Source of the DNA: a virus
Length of the DNA stretch: 64,000 nucleotides
Virus record (IMG/VR): IMGVR_UViG_3300042090_002148
Direction: 5' to 3' (one strand)
In this document: piece by piece, positions 9,288 through 18,520 of the stretch
Layout of the letters: the number at the start of each line of letters is the position of its first letter
Numbering within the stretch: position 1 is the stretch's first letter
Notes under the pieces: model-generated
The model's input: the letters and a program-made list of their open reading frames with translations, nothing else
The model's database searches: none
What the model was told of the DNA's origin: nothing
Made by a program: the position numbers and the translations under genes

Positions 9288-12200
9288 TTCCCGCTGCCAG
9301 AGATGTTCCGCGAGATCTGCAGCACGTCAGGGAAGAAGGCCGCGAGCCGTCCGGTGTTGAGTGCGTTCTGGCTTCGCTCCGCGATGAGCGAGCGGTCGAT
9401 GTTGTAGATGATGGCGATGAGGTCGATGGGGTTCTGGACCGAGGTCGCGTTGCGGTTCGCGCAGATGTTCTCGAGGTCGCTGACGTTGAGTGAGCCGCTC
9501 GGAAGAATCGCCGCGATGAAGGCCTCCACGTCTGAGGTCACCAGGTCTGCTGTCGAGCCTCCGAAGTAGACCATCGTGAGCCGCACGAAGTAGGGGATGA
9601 GATGCCGCGCGAGAGGGCTTGAGCAGATGACGCGCTCGGTGTCCGCGGTGATGAAGTTGCTCGTGTCCTGCACCGTCGCGGATTGGTCGTAGTTGACCTG
9701 CAGGTTCTGCCCTCCCAGGAAGGTCGCGTTGTCCGGGCTGTCGCTGACGCCAGGCGCGAGGATGGAAGTCGAGAGAATGAGCTTGGGGCGTTCGACTGGT
9801 GAGAACGCGAGGTTCGGGTCGTCGGTGGTCAGGTAGTAGCCGTCGGAGCGGTAGTTGTCGACGCTGAGCTGGAGGTTCGCGCCCAGGTTGTACTGAGGGC
9901 CCGTGCCCTGCGACACGAGCTGCACCTGGAAGCCGTAGAGCCCGCCGTCCTCCGTGTTGGTGGACATCGTCGTGGAGACGATGCGCTGCACGCCTGGTCG
10001 GAGGATGAAGAACTGCTCCATCCCGGCGCCGGTCCCCGCGCTGGGCAACGCGGGCTCGACCTGAAGGATGTTGACGTTGCCGCCGGGGGCGATGCCTGTG
10101 ACCGTGTAGGTCCCTGCATCCGGGGCCTCGTTGTTCTGGTCCACGCCCGTGATGAGCGAGAAGCCGAGGATGGCGTTCGCAGCTCCTGGACCCACGCCGG
10201 CTGTCCCAGGAGCTCCTCGGACAATGAGAGAGATGGTGGGATCGAATGTGAGCTGGTTGCTCGCGTTGAGGGAGCAGATGGTCGACCCGACGACGTTGTT
10301 GATCTGAGTCACCACGCCAGCGCGCGTCACATCGGTCGGCCCGATGGCGGAGCTGTCGTTGATGAAGATGATCGTCTTGTCCGGACCGCCTCCCAGGCTG
10401 ATGGTGAGGGTCTTCGTGTTGAGGTTCACCACCGGGTCGGCCAGGGTCATGGTGCCCGTGAGCGGCGCGAAGTCGATGATGAGCTCGTCGCCGTACTGGA
10501 CGCCTTCGGTGACGAAGTTCGTCGAGAGCGACTGGAAGAAGAACGCGCTGCCCAGGAGTGCTGTCCCCGTCGTGCCGTCGAGCGGCTTAGCTCCACTGGG
10601 AAGAGCTGGGATGCGCTGGTACTTCTGCGAAGGATCGGGGAAGTAGTTCAGCACCGAGCCGTCGGCCGCGGTGTACGAGAAGACCGTGTTCCCGTTCACC
10701 TCGAAGCTGGTGGGATCGATGAAGTAGAGCTCGACGGTGCCCAGCGAGCGCGCGCCCACTTGGACATGCGTGCCGATCGCCGGGTTGAAGTCGTTGAGCG
10801 TGCGCAGCGGATCGTACGCGAGGTTGTTGAAGGGGATGTTCGGAACCGGATCGAACCCGTCACCGAGGACATTCGCGGCCAGCTGATAGAACCCCACCTG
10901 GTTGCCATCCAGGGTCTGGGCGACGTCGTAGCTGGCGTCGAGCGAGGGACGAAGCGAGGCCCAGCCGCCGTTGGCGTACACCGTGGCCGAGGTGATGTCG
11001 CGCGTGGTGAAGGTCCCCGAGTGGTAGCCGAACAGCGCGAGCAGAGCAGTGCCGCCGTTGACGCGCATCCCTGGGATGATGGGGAGGAACCCGACGCGGT
11101 TCGGGTGGTTGTTGATGTCCGCGCCGAGCGTGACCACGGATCGCGGGATGGAAGGTGTCGTTGCTCCGGCGATGGCAAAGCCGACCTGGGCCGCCACATC
11201 TGCCGGCGAGAGCCAGCCACCAGAGAGAGAACCCGTGGTGAAGGTCACGTTGACGATGGTGCTGTTGTTCTCGTCGGCGATGTTGAGCGTCAGACCCGCT
11301 AGGTTGAGACCGGGAAGGCTGGTGTGCTCGGGGAACGCGACAGAGACGAGGCCCAGGATGCCGTCCTCGATGTCCGCTTTGACTCCGCTGCCGATGCTGG
11401 CGAAGCCGTTGGTCTGGCAGTCGACCGGCTTGGCGTAGGGGATGGTTGTTCCTACCGGCTGCCCCGAGGTGTCGAGCAGGTCGATGGAGGTGATGCGAAC
11501 GAAGGGCATCACCATCCCCCCGTCAGCATTCGGGGTGTAGATGATGTACGAGACGTCGTTCACGCTCGCGGGCAGAGGACGATCTACGAGGACCTGGTTG
11601 AAGAACGGATCCTGGACGGCCTTCACTGTGTACTGCCCCATGACGAGGCCGCCGTTCAGAAGCTGAAGGATGTCCCCCTCGGCGACCCCGTAGTTCGCGA
11701 AGTCCACGCCGCTTGTAGTCGTAACAACGGGCTGTCCCAGCACCGTCGACATGTCGCTGCCGCTGATCTTCGTCTGCTTCGGGTTCAGGAGATCGATGAA
11801 GATGCTGTCGCTGATGTGCCAGCGATACGTCCCCGTGACCTGCTCGATGGCAGGGGTGATGAGCAGCCGCGGGGAAGCTCCGGTGACCTGCTGCGCCGTG
11901 AGGATGCGGTAGGTCCCCGCGTTCGGCGGATCGAGGATCTCGATGGACAACCCGTTGGCCTCTGCGTCGTTGAGCGCCGTCCATACGGGATCGTTGACCG
12001 AGTAGTTGCTCCCCGTGCCTGGGGCGAGGACGTAGTCCTCGAGCTCGACCCAGGAGGTGTTGGGGAGCGTCGGCGTGATGTTCGCGTTCAGCAGCACGCC
12101 CTCGAGGACGGGGTCGTCGTCGACGATGTCGTTGAGGGTCAGCACCTTCACGTTGAAGGCGGAGCCCGCGACGTAAACGTCGGTGCAGCCGCCGATGTGG

Positions 12201-13444
12201 ACCTCTCCGTTCGGCATCTGGATGGTGCCGAAGGGCGTGTTCGGGAACAGGATGCCCCCGGGGATGCCCGAGATGGTCAGGGAGTTCTGCCGAAGCGTCC
12301 ACGGGAAGGTTGGGGTCGGCGTGTTGTAGGCCAGCACCTGGTCGACGAGGTCGAGGGTCTGCGGGTCCACCACGGCGCGGACGGCGATGTCGCGGATGGC
12401 CGGCAGACTTCCCACCGGGAAGGCGTTGAAGACCGTCAGCACGAAGCCAGCAGGAGCCGCGCCGGTCGGTCCGATGAGCTGCGTGAAGTCGACGCCCGGG
12501 TCTGTCGTCGTCACGCGGCGCGTGAGGATGGCGTCCTGCGTGTCCGACTCCGTAGCCATGAGGAAGCCGGCGGACAGGATGGGCCCCAAGCCTCCTCCCG
12601 TCAGGACGTCGCGCTCCATCTCCGGGTCGTTGAACCCGATGGGGAAGCACGAGGTGACCTCCGAGAGGGTGTTCTGGACCTGGAAGATGATGCCGCGCTC
12701 GGTGACCAGGGAGCGCTCGGTGAGCGCCTGCTCGATGCTGCTCACATACTCGGTGACGGTCTGGGCGTCGATTCCGTTCGAGAACGCCACCAGATTCGTG
12801 ATGCGTGTCGCGCTCGCGACGTTGGCGATGGTGACGAGGTCGTCTGCGGCGATGTTGTACTGACTGCCGGGTGCTTCCGCGATGAGGTTGATGTCGAAGT
12901 AGTAGAGCGTGCCGTCGAGGTTCATCAGCATCTCGTCGACGCGGATGGACTGCGACTGTGTCGGGAAGAAGTGGTAGCCCTCCTGCGAGGTCACGAAGTT
13001 CGCAGGGGTCACGCCTACGCTCTGCGGCGACGCGAAGTAGATGCGAGCGACGCCGGTGGCGTACTGTCCGCTCTCGATCGACGCGAAGAGGTTTGCTCCC
13101 AGCGCCTGCGCCTCGTCCGAGGTGAGGATGGTCGGGTTGGCGAACGACAGGTTGTTCGCGACGCGAGTGATCTCCCGGACGATGGGGTTCCACAGGACGA
13201 TGCCCGCCTTGATGAGCAGGTCCGTGATCGCGTCCCCCTCCTTCGTCGGCATGTCGGGGAACTGCTGGTTCAGCGTCGTCTGGATGAAGAGCCCGATGTC
13301 GACGGTGAAGGGATCCGTGCCCAACCGCTGGAGGATGGGCTGGACGACGCTCACCTGGTAGGGGCTGCCAGGCGAAAGATCCAACGTCGGGTCGACGTTG
13401 TTCAGGCACTGCACGATGAATGCCTGCAGGTCTGCCAATGCCAT
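9284..13444 (-). CDS. Baseplate J-like wedge protein, very long
   Basis: 1386 aa; N-terminal DLSPGS...EGDAITDLL and ATGVARIYF, NLIAEAPGSQYNI motifs typical of baseplate J; follows a gp25-like gene. Confidence 0.75.
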   Translation of the reverse strand: MALADLQAFIVQCLNNVDPTLDLSPGSPYQVSVVQPILQRLGTDPFTVDIGLFIQTTLNQQFPDMPTKEGDAITDLLIKAGIVLWNPIVREITRVANNLSFANPTILTSDEAQALGANLFASIESGQYATGVARIYFASPQSVGVTPANFVTSQEGYHFFPTQSQSIRVDEMLMNLDGTLYYFDINLIAEAPGSQYNIAADDLVTIANVASATRITNLVAFSNGIDAQTVTEYVSSIEQALTERSLVTERGIIFQVQNTLSEVTSCFPIGFNDPEMERDVLTGGGLGPILSAGFLMATESDTQDAILTRRVTTTDPGVDFTQLIGPTGAAPAGFVLTVFNAFPVGSLPAIRDIAVRAVVDPQTLDLVDQVLAYNTPTPTFPWTLRQNSLTISGIPGGILFPNTPFGTIQMPNGEVHIGGCTDVYVAGSAFNVKVLTLNDIVDDDPVLEGVLLNANITPTLPNTSWVELEDYVLAPGTGSNYSVNDPVWTALNDAEANGLSIEILDPPNAGTYRILTAQQVTGASPRLLITPAIEQVTGTYRWHISDSIFIDLLNPKQTKISGSDMSTVLGQPVVTTTSGVDFANYGVAEGDILQLLNGGLVMGQYTVKAVQDPFFNQVLVDRPLPASVNDVSYIIYTPNADGGMVMPFVRITSIDLLDTSGQPVGTTIPYAKPVDCQTNGFASIGSGVKADIEDGILGLVSVAFPEHTSLPGLNLAGLTLNIADENNSTIVNVTFTTGSLSGGWLSPADVAAQVGFAIAGATTPSIPRSVVTLGADINNHPNRVGFLPIIPGMRVNGGTALLALFGYHSGTFTTRDITSATVYANGGWASLRPSLDASYDVAQTLDGNQVGFYQLAANVLGDGFDPVPNIPFNNLAYDPLRTLNDFNPAIGTHVQVGARSLGTVELYFIDPTSFEVNGNTVFSYTAADGSVLNYFPDPSQKYQRIPALPSGAKPLDGTTGTALLGSAFFFQSLSTNFVTEGVQYGDELIIDFAPLTGTMTLADPVVNLNTKTLTISLGGGPDKTIIFINDSSAIGPTDVTRAGVVTQINNVVGSTICSLNASNQLTFDPTISLIVRGAPGTAGVGPGAANAILGFSLITGVDQNNEAPDAGTYTVTGIAPGGNVNILQVEPALPSAGTGAGMEQFFILRPGVQRIVSTTMSTNTEDGGLYGFQVQLVSQGTGPQYNLGANLQLSVDNYRSDGYYLTTDDPNLAFSPVERPKLILSTSILAPGVSDSPDNATFLGGQNLQVNYDQSATVQDTSNFITADTERVICSSPLARHLIPYFVRLTMVYFGGSTADLVTSDVEAFIAAILPSGSLNVSDLENICANRNATSVQNPIDLIAIIYNIDRSLIAERSQNALNTGRLAAFFPDVLQISRNISGSGN

Positions 13445-13454
13445 GGGTCGCTCC

Positions 13455-14114
13455 TCAGATCGCCAGGTTCGCGGTGGCGGCGGTGCCCGCCTGTGAGAGA
13501 AGGCTGATGCTCGCGATGAGCGCGCCCTCTTCCTGATTGAACTCCGCGTTGGTCACGGTGGCGGAGAGTAGCCGCTCTGCGGGCGGGATGGTGGGGTCTT
13601 GCGACTGGATGGTGAGGATCTGTCGCTGGGTCTGGGTGACCGAGAGGATGATGGAGCTGATGATGCCGGCCGAGGAGGACTCGCTGTAGTACATCGAGAG
13701 CGGCGCGAGGGCGTTGCCGCCGACACGGGGCGCGAAGATGTCGCGGCCTGGCGTGGTGAGCAAGACCTTCAGGAAGACCTGCATCAGGCGGAGGATGCCG
13801 GAGACCTTGCTCGAGACCGGTGGGATCTCGAACTTGATGAGGGAGCGCGGCGAGACCGTGAGCTGGTTCGAGACCACCGTCACCGAAGTGAGGGTCGCGT
13901 TGGCGAGGAGCAGCGGTACCTGCGCGAGCAGCCGGTTCTTCGAGAGAACAACAACGCTCGGAGAGGCGACGTCGTTGATGAAGACCTGCGCGACCGACGA
14001 GAAGTCCTTGCCGTAGATGTCCAGCGTCCGAGGCAACGCCGAGGAAGGCAGGATCTTCACCTTCGTCAACGGGATGACGGTTTGCGGGAAGACAACCTGC
14101 AGATCGATGGCCAC
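13455..14114 (-). CDS. Baseplate wedge gp25-like protein with N-terminal IPT/TIG-like domain
   Basis: LDIYGKDFSSVAQVFIND (TIG-like), then LLTTPGRDIFAPRVGG and PPAERLLSATV...LIASISLLS (gp25-like). Confidence 0.65.
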   Translation of the reverse strand: MAIDLQVVFPQTVIPLTKVKILPSSALPRTLDIYGKDFSSVAQVFINDVASPSVVVLSKNRLLAQVPLLLANATLTSVTVVSNQLTVSPRSLIKFEIPPVSSKVSGILRLMQVFLKVLLTTPGRDIFAPRVGGNALAPLSMYYSESSSAGIISSIILSVTQTQRQILTIQSQDPTIPPAERLLSATVTNAEFNQEEGALIASISLLSQAGTAATANLAI

Positions 14115-14134
14115 ACGGGCACTATACCCCGGGT

Positions 14135-14165
14135 AGCTAAGGAAAAGGAGGGCGGGGCCGCCCCT
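14135..14165 (-). terminator. Intrinsic terminator with TTAGC tail after rnhB
   Basis: GGGCG-gccc-CGCCC stem followed by tccttttccTTAGCT. Confidence 0.6.
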
Positions 14166-14174
14166 GGCGACCCC

Positions 14175-14753
14175 TTACCTTGGCCTGCTCCACTCAGGAT
14201 GGCTCTTCATCGGCTCGTAGGACCGGCGATGCCACGGGGTCATCCCGTGAGCTGCCAGGCCCGCTTCGTGGCGCGCGTTGCGGTACCCCGCTCCCGTGTC
14301 GAAGCCCCAGTGCGGGTACTGCTGGTGGTACTCCCGCATGTCCTCGTCACGGTTGAACTTGGCGATGACGCTGGCCGCGCTGACCGCCGGGAAGAGCGAG
14401 TCAGCCTTCGGCACGAGCCGCGCCTTGGGGAACATCGGCAGCGGGACGTTCCCGTCGACGATGACCTCGGCGTGCGGGAAGAGGCGCAGCATCTCGTAGA
14501 TGGCCAGCGAGTGGCACCATACGAGGCAGTTGCGGATCCCGTACTCGTCGATGGCCTCCGAATGGCTTTCCACGAGGACCGACGGGAGCTTGTAGAGCTC
14601 CGGATAGAGCCGAGCATGGTCCTTCTTCTCGAGCTCCTTGCTGTCGTCGAGCCCTGGCATGGTCCACCCCTCCGGGACCGCGACCGCGCAGACGAGGAGA
14701 GGGCCGGCGAAAGCCCCCAAACCCACCTCATCCACACCGATGACATACTTCAT
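14175..14753 (-). CDS. rnhB: Ribonuclease HII
   Basis: VIGVDEVGLGAFAGPL, LDDSKEL, VIVDG, KADSLFPAVSAASVIAKFNRD, GY...H motifs. Confidence 0.92.
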   Translation of the reverse strand: MKYVIGVDEVGLGAFAGPLLVCAVAVPEGWTMPGLDDSKELEKKDHARLYPELYKLPSVLVESHSEAIDEYGIRNCLVWCHSLAIYEMLRLFPHAEVIVDGNVPLPMFPKARLVPKADSLFPAVSAASVIAKFNRDEDMREYHQQYPHWGFDTGAGYRNARHEAGLAAHGMTPWHRRSYEPMKSHPEWSRPR

Positions 14754-14926
14754 GTGCGTGCGTAGCTCTGAGACGTCGTGGTGCCATCTTTCAGCGAGAA
14801 CCCGTAGGTTTCAGTCATCTTCCCGCAATCACACAGGCATCGCCAACGCGTGCCCGAGTGCGTCGCGCCCGCACGTTCTTGCACCAGCAGGCGCCCAAAG
14901 CGTCGCCCTACTAAGTTCTCTTTCAT
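14750..14926 (-). pseudogene. Truncated homing endonuclease: N-terminal DNA-binding module only (58 aa, not in track)
   Basis: MKENLVGRRFGRLLVQERAG...RWRCLCDCGK...SLKDGTTTS stops just where SCGC and the nuclease would follow; homologous to the N-terminus of 17377..17958. Confidence 0.75.
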
Positions 14927-15171
14927 GTGTCCCAGAAGGTGGAGAGGAACTCCTCGATGGCGAGGAGCTCCTCGAGCAAGGGGGAGGACAGTACATCCCG
15001 CTGCAGAGCGAGAGCATCGCGGCGAGTGGTGATCTCCGAGATGAGGTTCAGTAGCGCCGAAACCGGCGTGGGACCTGTCCCAGACGTCGTGATGATCGAC
15101 GGCTCCTGGAAGGTCGCCACGAAGACGTGCGCTTCGTCCTCAGATGCCGTGATCTCGATGGTCTCTTTCAT
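14923..15171 (-). CDS. Small protein, HicB-like fold possible
   Basis: IEITASEDEAHVFVATFQEPSIITTSGTGPTPVSAL resembles the HicB N-terminal pattern; ATGA overlaps at both ends. Confidence 0.5.
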   Translation of the reverse strand: MKETIEITASEDEAHVFVATFQEPSIITTSGTGPTPVSALLNLISEITTRRDALALQRDVLSSPLLEELLAIEEFLSTFWDT

Positions 15172-15386
15172 GCGTGTCTCGCCCGAAGAATCTCCAGGTC
15201 GAGGAGGCACTGCACGAGCTCCTCCGACGGCTTCAGACCTTTCTGGTACCCCGAGGGCTCTTTCTTCGGGGACACTTTCGCAGCCAGCTCCGCGATTCTC
15301 TCGAGGAGCTTCCTCTCTGCCTTTAGGATCAGTTCGTGGTCTTCGTCGCATGACGGTGCTTTCTCACGCTTGCGGGGCACGCGCAC
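15168..15386 (-). CDS. Hypothetical protein
   Basis: 72 aa, coupled to neighbours. Confidence 0.55.
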   Translation of the reverse strand: MRVPRKREKAPSCDEDHELILKAERKLLERIAELAAKVSPKKEPSGYQKGLKPSEELVQCLLDLEILRARHA

Positions 15387-15388
15387 TC

Positions 15389-15751
15389 CTACGAGTCAGA
15401 AACGGTGACCGGTGTGTTTACATCCTGCGTGGGGTCCGGGTCTGCGAATGACGCCGGGGGCTGCGCCTTGATCTTCGCCACCGCAGCCGTGACGTTGTTC
15501 AAGACGTTCTGGATGGCTTGGAGCGGGCTCGGACGGTTTGGCGTCGGAGACGTCGTCAGCCGCGTGATCTGAGCCTGCGCGAGCTCCTCGAACGTGATGG
15601 CGTTGAAGGACTGGGTGGTCTTGTCGCCCTCGACCGCAGCGTACGCGTCGCTGAGCGAGGTCCTGAGCTCGAGGTTCTGCTGCTGTTGGGCGGCCGTGGT
15701 GCTGGTCTGAGAACCCGCAGTCCCACCGCTACCCGAGGGTGTGTCTCCCAT
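15389..15751 (-). CDS. Hypothetical A/T/Q-rich protein (possible virion component)
   Basis: 120 aa, GGAG RBS, low-complexity composition. Confidence 0.6.
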   Translation of the reverse strand: MGDTPSGSGGTAGSQTSTTAAQQQQNLELRTSLSDAYAAVEGDKTTQSFNAITFEELAQAQITRLTTSPTPNRPSPLQAIQNVLNNVTAAVAKIKAQPPASFADPDPTQDVNTPVTVSDS

Positions 15752-16235
15752 GCTCCAGCTCCTTCGCGTGGAGCTTTAGTAGAGCAGGGATCGTCTTGGC
15801 CTCATAGATGGACATCGAGCAGGCGACGATCTTGATGGGCAGCGGCCAGTCGCCGCCCTCGAGATGCGTCTTCAGGAGAGTCAGTGCCTCCACCATCGTC
15901 GCGCACTTCTGCGTGACGACAGCAGCACCCGGCGCGGGAGCGTAGGAGTAGAGCACCTCCTGGTACTGGTCCCCCTTCGGCTGGTACGAAACCGCGCGCC
16001 GCAGGGGATGCCGGACTTCGGTGGGAGGACTCTCCGGAACAGGCTCTGGTCGACAGGCCGTGATGATGAGGGTGTCGCCGCGGTACACTTGTCCGAGCAG
16101 CTGCCAGTTCCCGTCCGAGAGCTCCTGGAGCGTGGCCTCTACTGCGGCAGCGAACTTGTGCGGGTCCTTCTCGGAGACGGCCTGCACCTTCCACCGCGCG
16201 CGCATCGGCCTCTGCGGAGGCGTGGGCGCGTTCAC
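15729..16235 (-). CDS. Hypothetical protein
   Basis: 168 aa, GGAGG RBS. Confidence 0.6.
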   Translation of the reverse strand: MNAPTPPQRPMRARWKVQAVSEKDPHKFAAAVEATLQELSDGNWQLLGQVYRGDTLIITACRPEPVPESPPTEVRHPLRRAVSYQPKGDQYQEVLYSYAPAPGAAVVTQKCATMVEALTLLKTHLEGGDWPLPIKIVACSMSIYEAKTIPALLKLHAKELEHGRHTLG

Positions 16236-16814
16236 CTACTTCCTCCTCGAGAGCTTCTTCACCACCGAGATCACCTCCGGCCAGGACTGGGTACAGAGCA
16301 CGTAGTTCGGGAGCTCCTCGCGGAACTGCGGGTTCTTCCAGTAGATGGGCTTACCCTCTGGATGGGCCTCGCGCCACTCCTGGAGGTTGCTCGGCTTGTC
16401 GTCGATCAGGACGTCACCGCGCACGAAGGCCTTTCGCTTCGCGTGGATGACATCCTCATGACGGATGCCGAAGTGCTTCTCGAGCGCGCCTTCGCGCACA
16501 TGGGTCCACGTCGCCGACCCGTGGAAGGGGCTGGTGACGACGAGGACCTCCGCGATGTCCTGGAGCTCCTTCACCGCCTCTGCGGCCCCGGGGTACGGCT
16601 TGATGCCCGCACCTCCGTAGGCCTTCATGCGCTCGTAGACCTCGTACTTGAAGGCGCGCGCGGTGTCAGGCAACGAATCGAAGACCTCCCATGTGCTGAC
16701 GGCATCGTGGGAGTAGTCGTGTACCCCTCCGGAGATGTCTCGCAGGATGTCGAGCGCGTGGTCGATGAAGTTGAGTAGGACGCCGTCCGCATCGAGCAAG
16801 ACGATTGGTCGCAT
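16236..16814 (-). CDS. 5'(3')-deoxyribonucleotidase, HAD superfamily
   Basis: VLLDADGVL (HAD motif I), VVTSP, RGDVLIDDKPSNL; ATG at 16814 overlaps the upstream TGA. Confidence 0.85.
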   Translation of the reverse strand: MRPIVLLDADGVLLNFIDHALDILRDISGGVHDYSHDAVSTWEVFDSLPDTARAFKYEVYERMKAYGGAGIKPYPGAAEAVKELQDIAEVLVVTSPFHGSATWTHVREGALEKHFGIRHEDVIHAKRKAFVRGDVLIDDKPSNLQEWREAHPEGKPIYWKNPQFREELPNYVLCTQSWPEVISVVKKLSRRK

Positions 16815-17380
16815 CAGATCTTCTTCCCACCGTGACGAAATTCCCGGGTACGATTGTACGCCTCTTTGGTATCGATGGCGGCCCACAGATCAATGCCGCG
16901 ATCTTCAAAGAACAAGAAACTCTCCACCAGTGCTCGCCCCAGGTAGGCCAGGTGCGGTCGCTTGGGGTCGCGAAAGTCGTAACACTGCTCCGACAGGGAA
17001 ACAGCCCGATGAAGGTCCGCAAGGAACAACTCAAAGTCGATCTTTGAGAAGTCGCGCTTACCGTCTGGCGTCTTGTAGTGATCGGCCATACCTGCCTCGA
17101 GTTGTGCCACATGCCCGTCTGTGCCGGTGCGTTGGCAAATTCTGATGACCAGATCGGCGATTTCCACTGGAATACCCTCTGGCTTCCCGCCCACGCCGGC
17201 ATAGACCTCCCCCAGCTCCTTGTGCTTGCGATACTCCTCCAGTGCTTCGGAGATCTCTGAATGGAACAGGATCACAGCCGTGTGATACGGCCGCGGGTCC
17301 GTGTCATTCACCCAGCCCTTCTCGCGCGCAATCAGCGCAGAGCGTTCGCAAAGAGAAGAAATCGTATGTGTCTCATTCAT
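16814..17380 (-). CDS. MazG-like all-alpha NTP pyrophosphohydrolase with internal insertion
   Basis: HSEISEALEEYRK, KPEGIPVEIADLVIRI, IDTKEAYNRTREFRHGGK signature. Confidence 0.8.
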   Translation of the reverse strand: MNETHTISSLCERSALIAREKGWVNDTDPRPYHTAVILFHSEISEALEEYRKHKELGEVYAGVGGKPEGIPVEIADLVIRICQRTGTDGHVAQLEAGMADHYKTPDGKRDFSKIDFELFLADLHRAVSLSEQCYDFRDPKRPHLAYLGRALVESFLFFEDRGIDLWAAIDTKEAYNRTREFRHGGKKI

Positions 17381-17958
17381 GTCGTTGTCCTCTTCAAGTA
17401 CTCAGCCAGGCTGAGGATGGTGAGCAAGCTGTCCTGCAACAGCCCTAATGCCCGATTGTGCTTGCCGCACAAGAACCCACGAGGTTTGCTATTGGCATGA
17501 TCATGGTCCAGGTGCAGGTCCGTAGTGGCAGGACAGACCGCGCACTTACCGCCCTGCTCTCTCAGTAGCTCGTCAGCCTGTTCTCTGGTAATGCCGCACG
17601 TCCGATACCAGGCGTAGTCCAGAGCACAACGCCTACAGCGCGTCTGAAGACCGGAGACCGTCTTACTGCTGCGTGAGAACTCCTCAACCGACAGTACGCG
17701 GCCACACTTCCTACAGGCGCGCAAACCATCCACGGTCTGGGTAGCATTCGCCTTGAGATGTGTCGTCAAACGCTCGGCGCGCAAGCAACCACAAGACTTC
17801 TGCTCACCGCTTAGCAGCCGCGCGGTGCGTACCTGCCGCGTGTTGCCGCAGTCGCAGACGACGTTCCAGAACCAACCCGAGGCAGAGGTGCGCGCCCGCG
17901 AAACGACCAGCAAGCGGGTGAAGCGTTGCCCTGTGAGGTCTACTCGTTTTCCGCCCAT
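17377..17958 (-). CDS. Homing endonuclease, endonuclease VII-type His-Me finger with N-terminal CDCG/SCGC DNA-binding module
   Basis: DLTGQRFTRL...CDCGN...KSCGC; QGGKCAVC...HLDHDH...PRGFLCGKHNRALG; lower GC3 than neighbours. Confidence 0.85.
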   Translation of the reverse strand: MGGKRVDLTGQRFTRLLVVSRARTSASGWFWNVVCDCGNTRQVRTARLLSGEQKSCGCLRAERLTTHLKANATQTVDGLRACRKCGRVLSVEEFSRSSKTVSGLQTRCRRCALDYAWYRTCGITREQADELLREQGGKCAVCPATTDLHLDHDHANSKPRGFLCGKHNRALGLLQDSLLTILSLAEYLKRTTT

Positions 17959-17990
17959 GCGGCTTAGACTAAACCATCTGGCTTATGCAA

Positions 17991-18236
17991 TCAACCGACG
18001 CGTACCTTCTTCAGTTCGGCGTTCTCAGTCTCGAGCAACTCGATGCGGTCGCGGAGAGCCTTCATGGTCTCGTCCGCCTTCCTCATCAGCTCGGTCATCT
18101 TCAGCATGTTGCCCGCGGTCTCACGCTGGCCCTTCACGGCCAGGTTCAAGAGGCGGAAGAGCTCCTCCTTGTCGAGCTTCAGGAAGGACGTGCGGTCCAG
18201 GTCGGGCGGCGGTGCTACGGGAGCTGCTTCAGGCAT
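17991..18236 (-). CDS. Hypothetical coiled-coil protein
   Basis: 81 aa, GGAG RBS. Confidence 0.55.
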   Translation of the reverse strand: MPEAAPVAPPPDLDRTSFLKLDKEELFRLLNLAVKGQRETAGNMLKMTELMRKADETMKALRDRIELLETENAELKKVRVG

Positions 18237-18293
18237 GATCTCTCCAAGCGCGCGCCGGCGGCGCACGTACGTCAACAAGTATGGGGGTGGGGT

Positions 18294-18509
18294 CTACAGC
18301 GCGACGGCAGCGCGAGACGACGAGAAGTTCTTCGGCAGCTGCCACGGGCGCGCCGTGAGCTCCGAGATCTGCATGAGCGTCGCCCGGTGTTCCACGCAGA
18401 TGGTCTCGAACTCCCTCTGAAAGGCTGCGCTCTCCTCTGGAGAACTGGCCTGCACGATGGCGAGCTTCAGGATGGCGAGACGATCCACGCGGCGGTCCAC
18501 TACGGGCAT
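18294..18509 (-). CDS. Hypothetical protein
   Basis: 71 aa directly downstream of the putative lysin. Confidence 0.45.
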   Translation of the reverse strand: MPVVDRRVDRLAILKLAIVQASSPEESAAFQREFETICVEHRATLMQISELTARPWQLPKNFSSSRAAVAL

Positions 18510-18520
18510 GAACAACTCCT

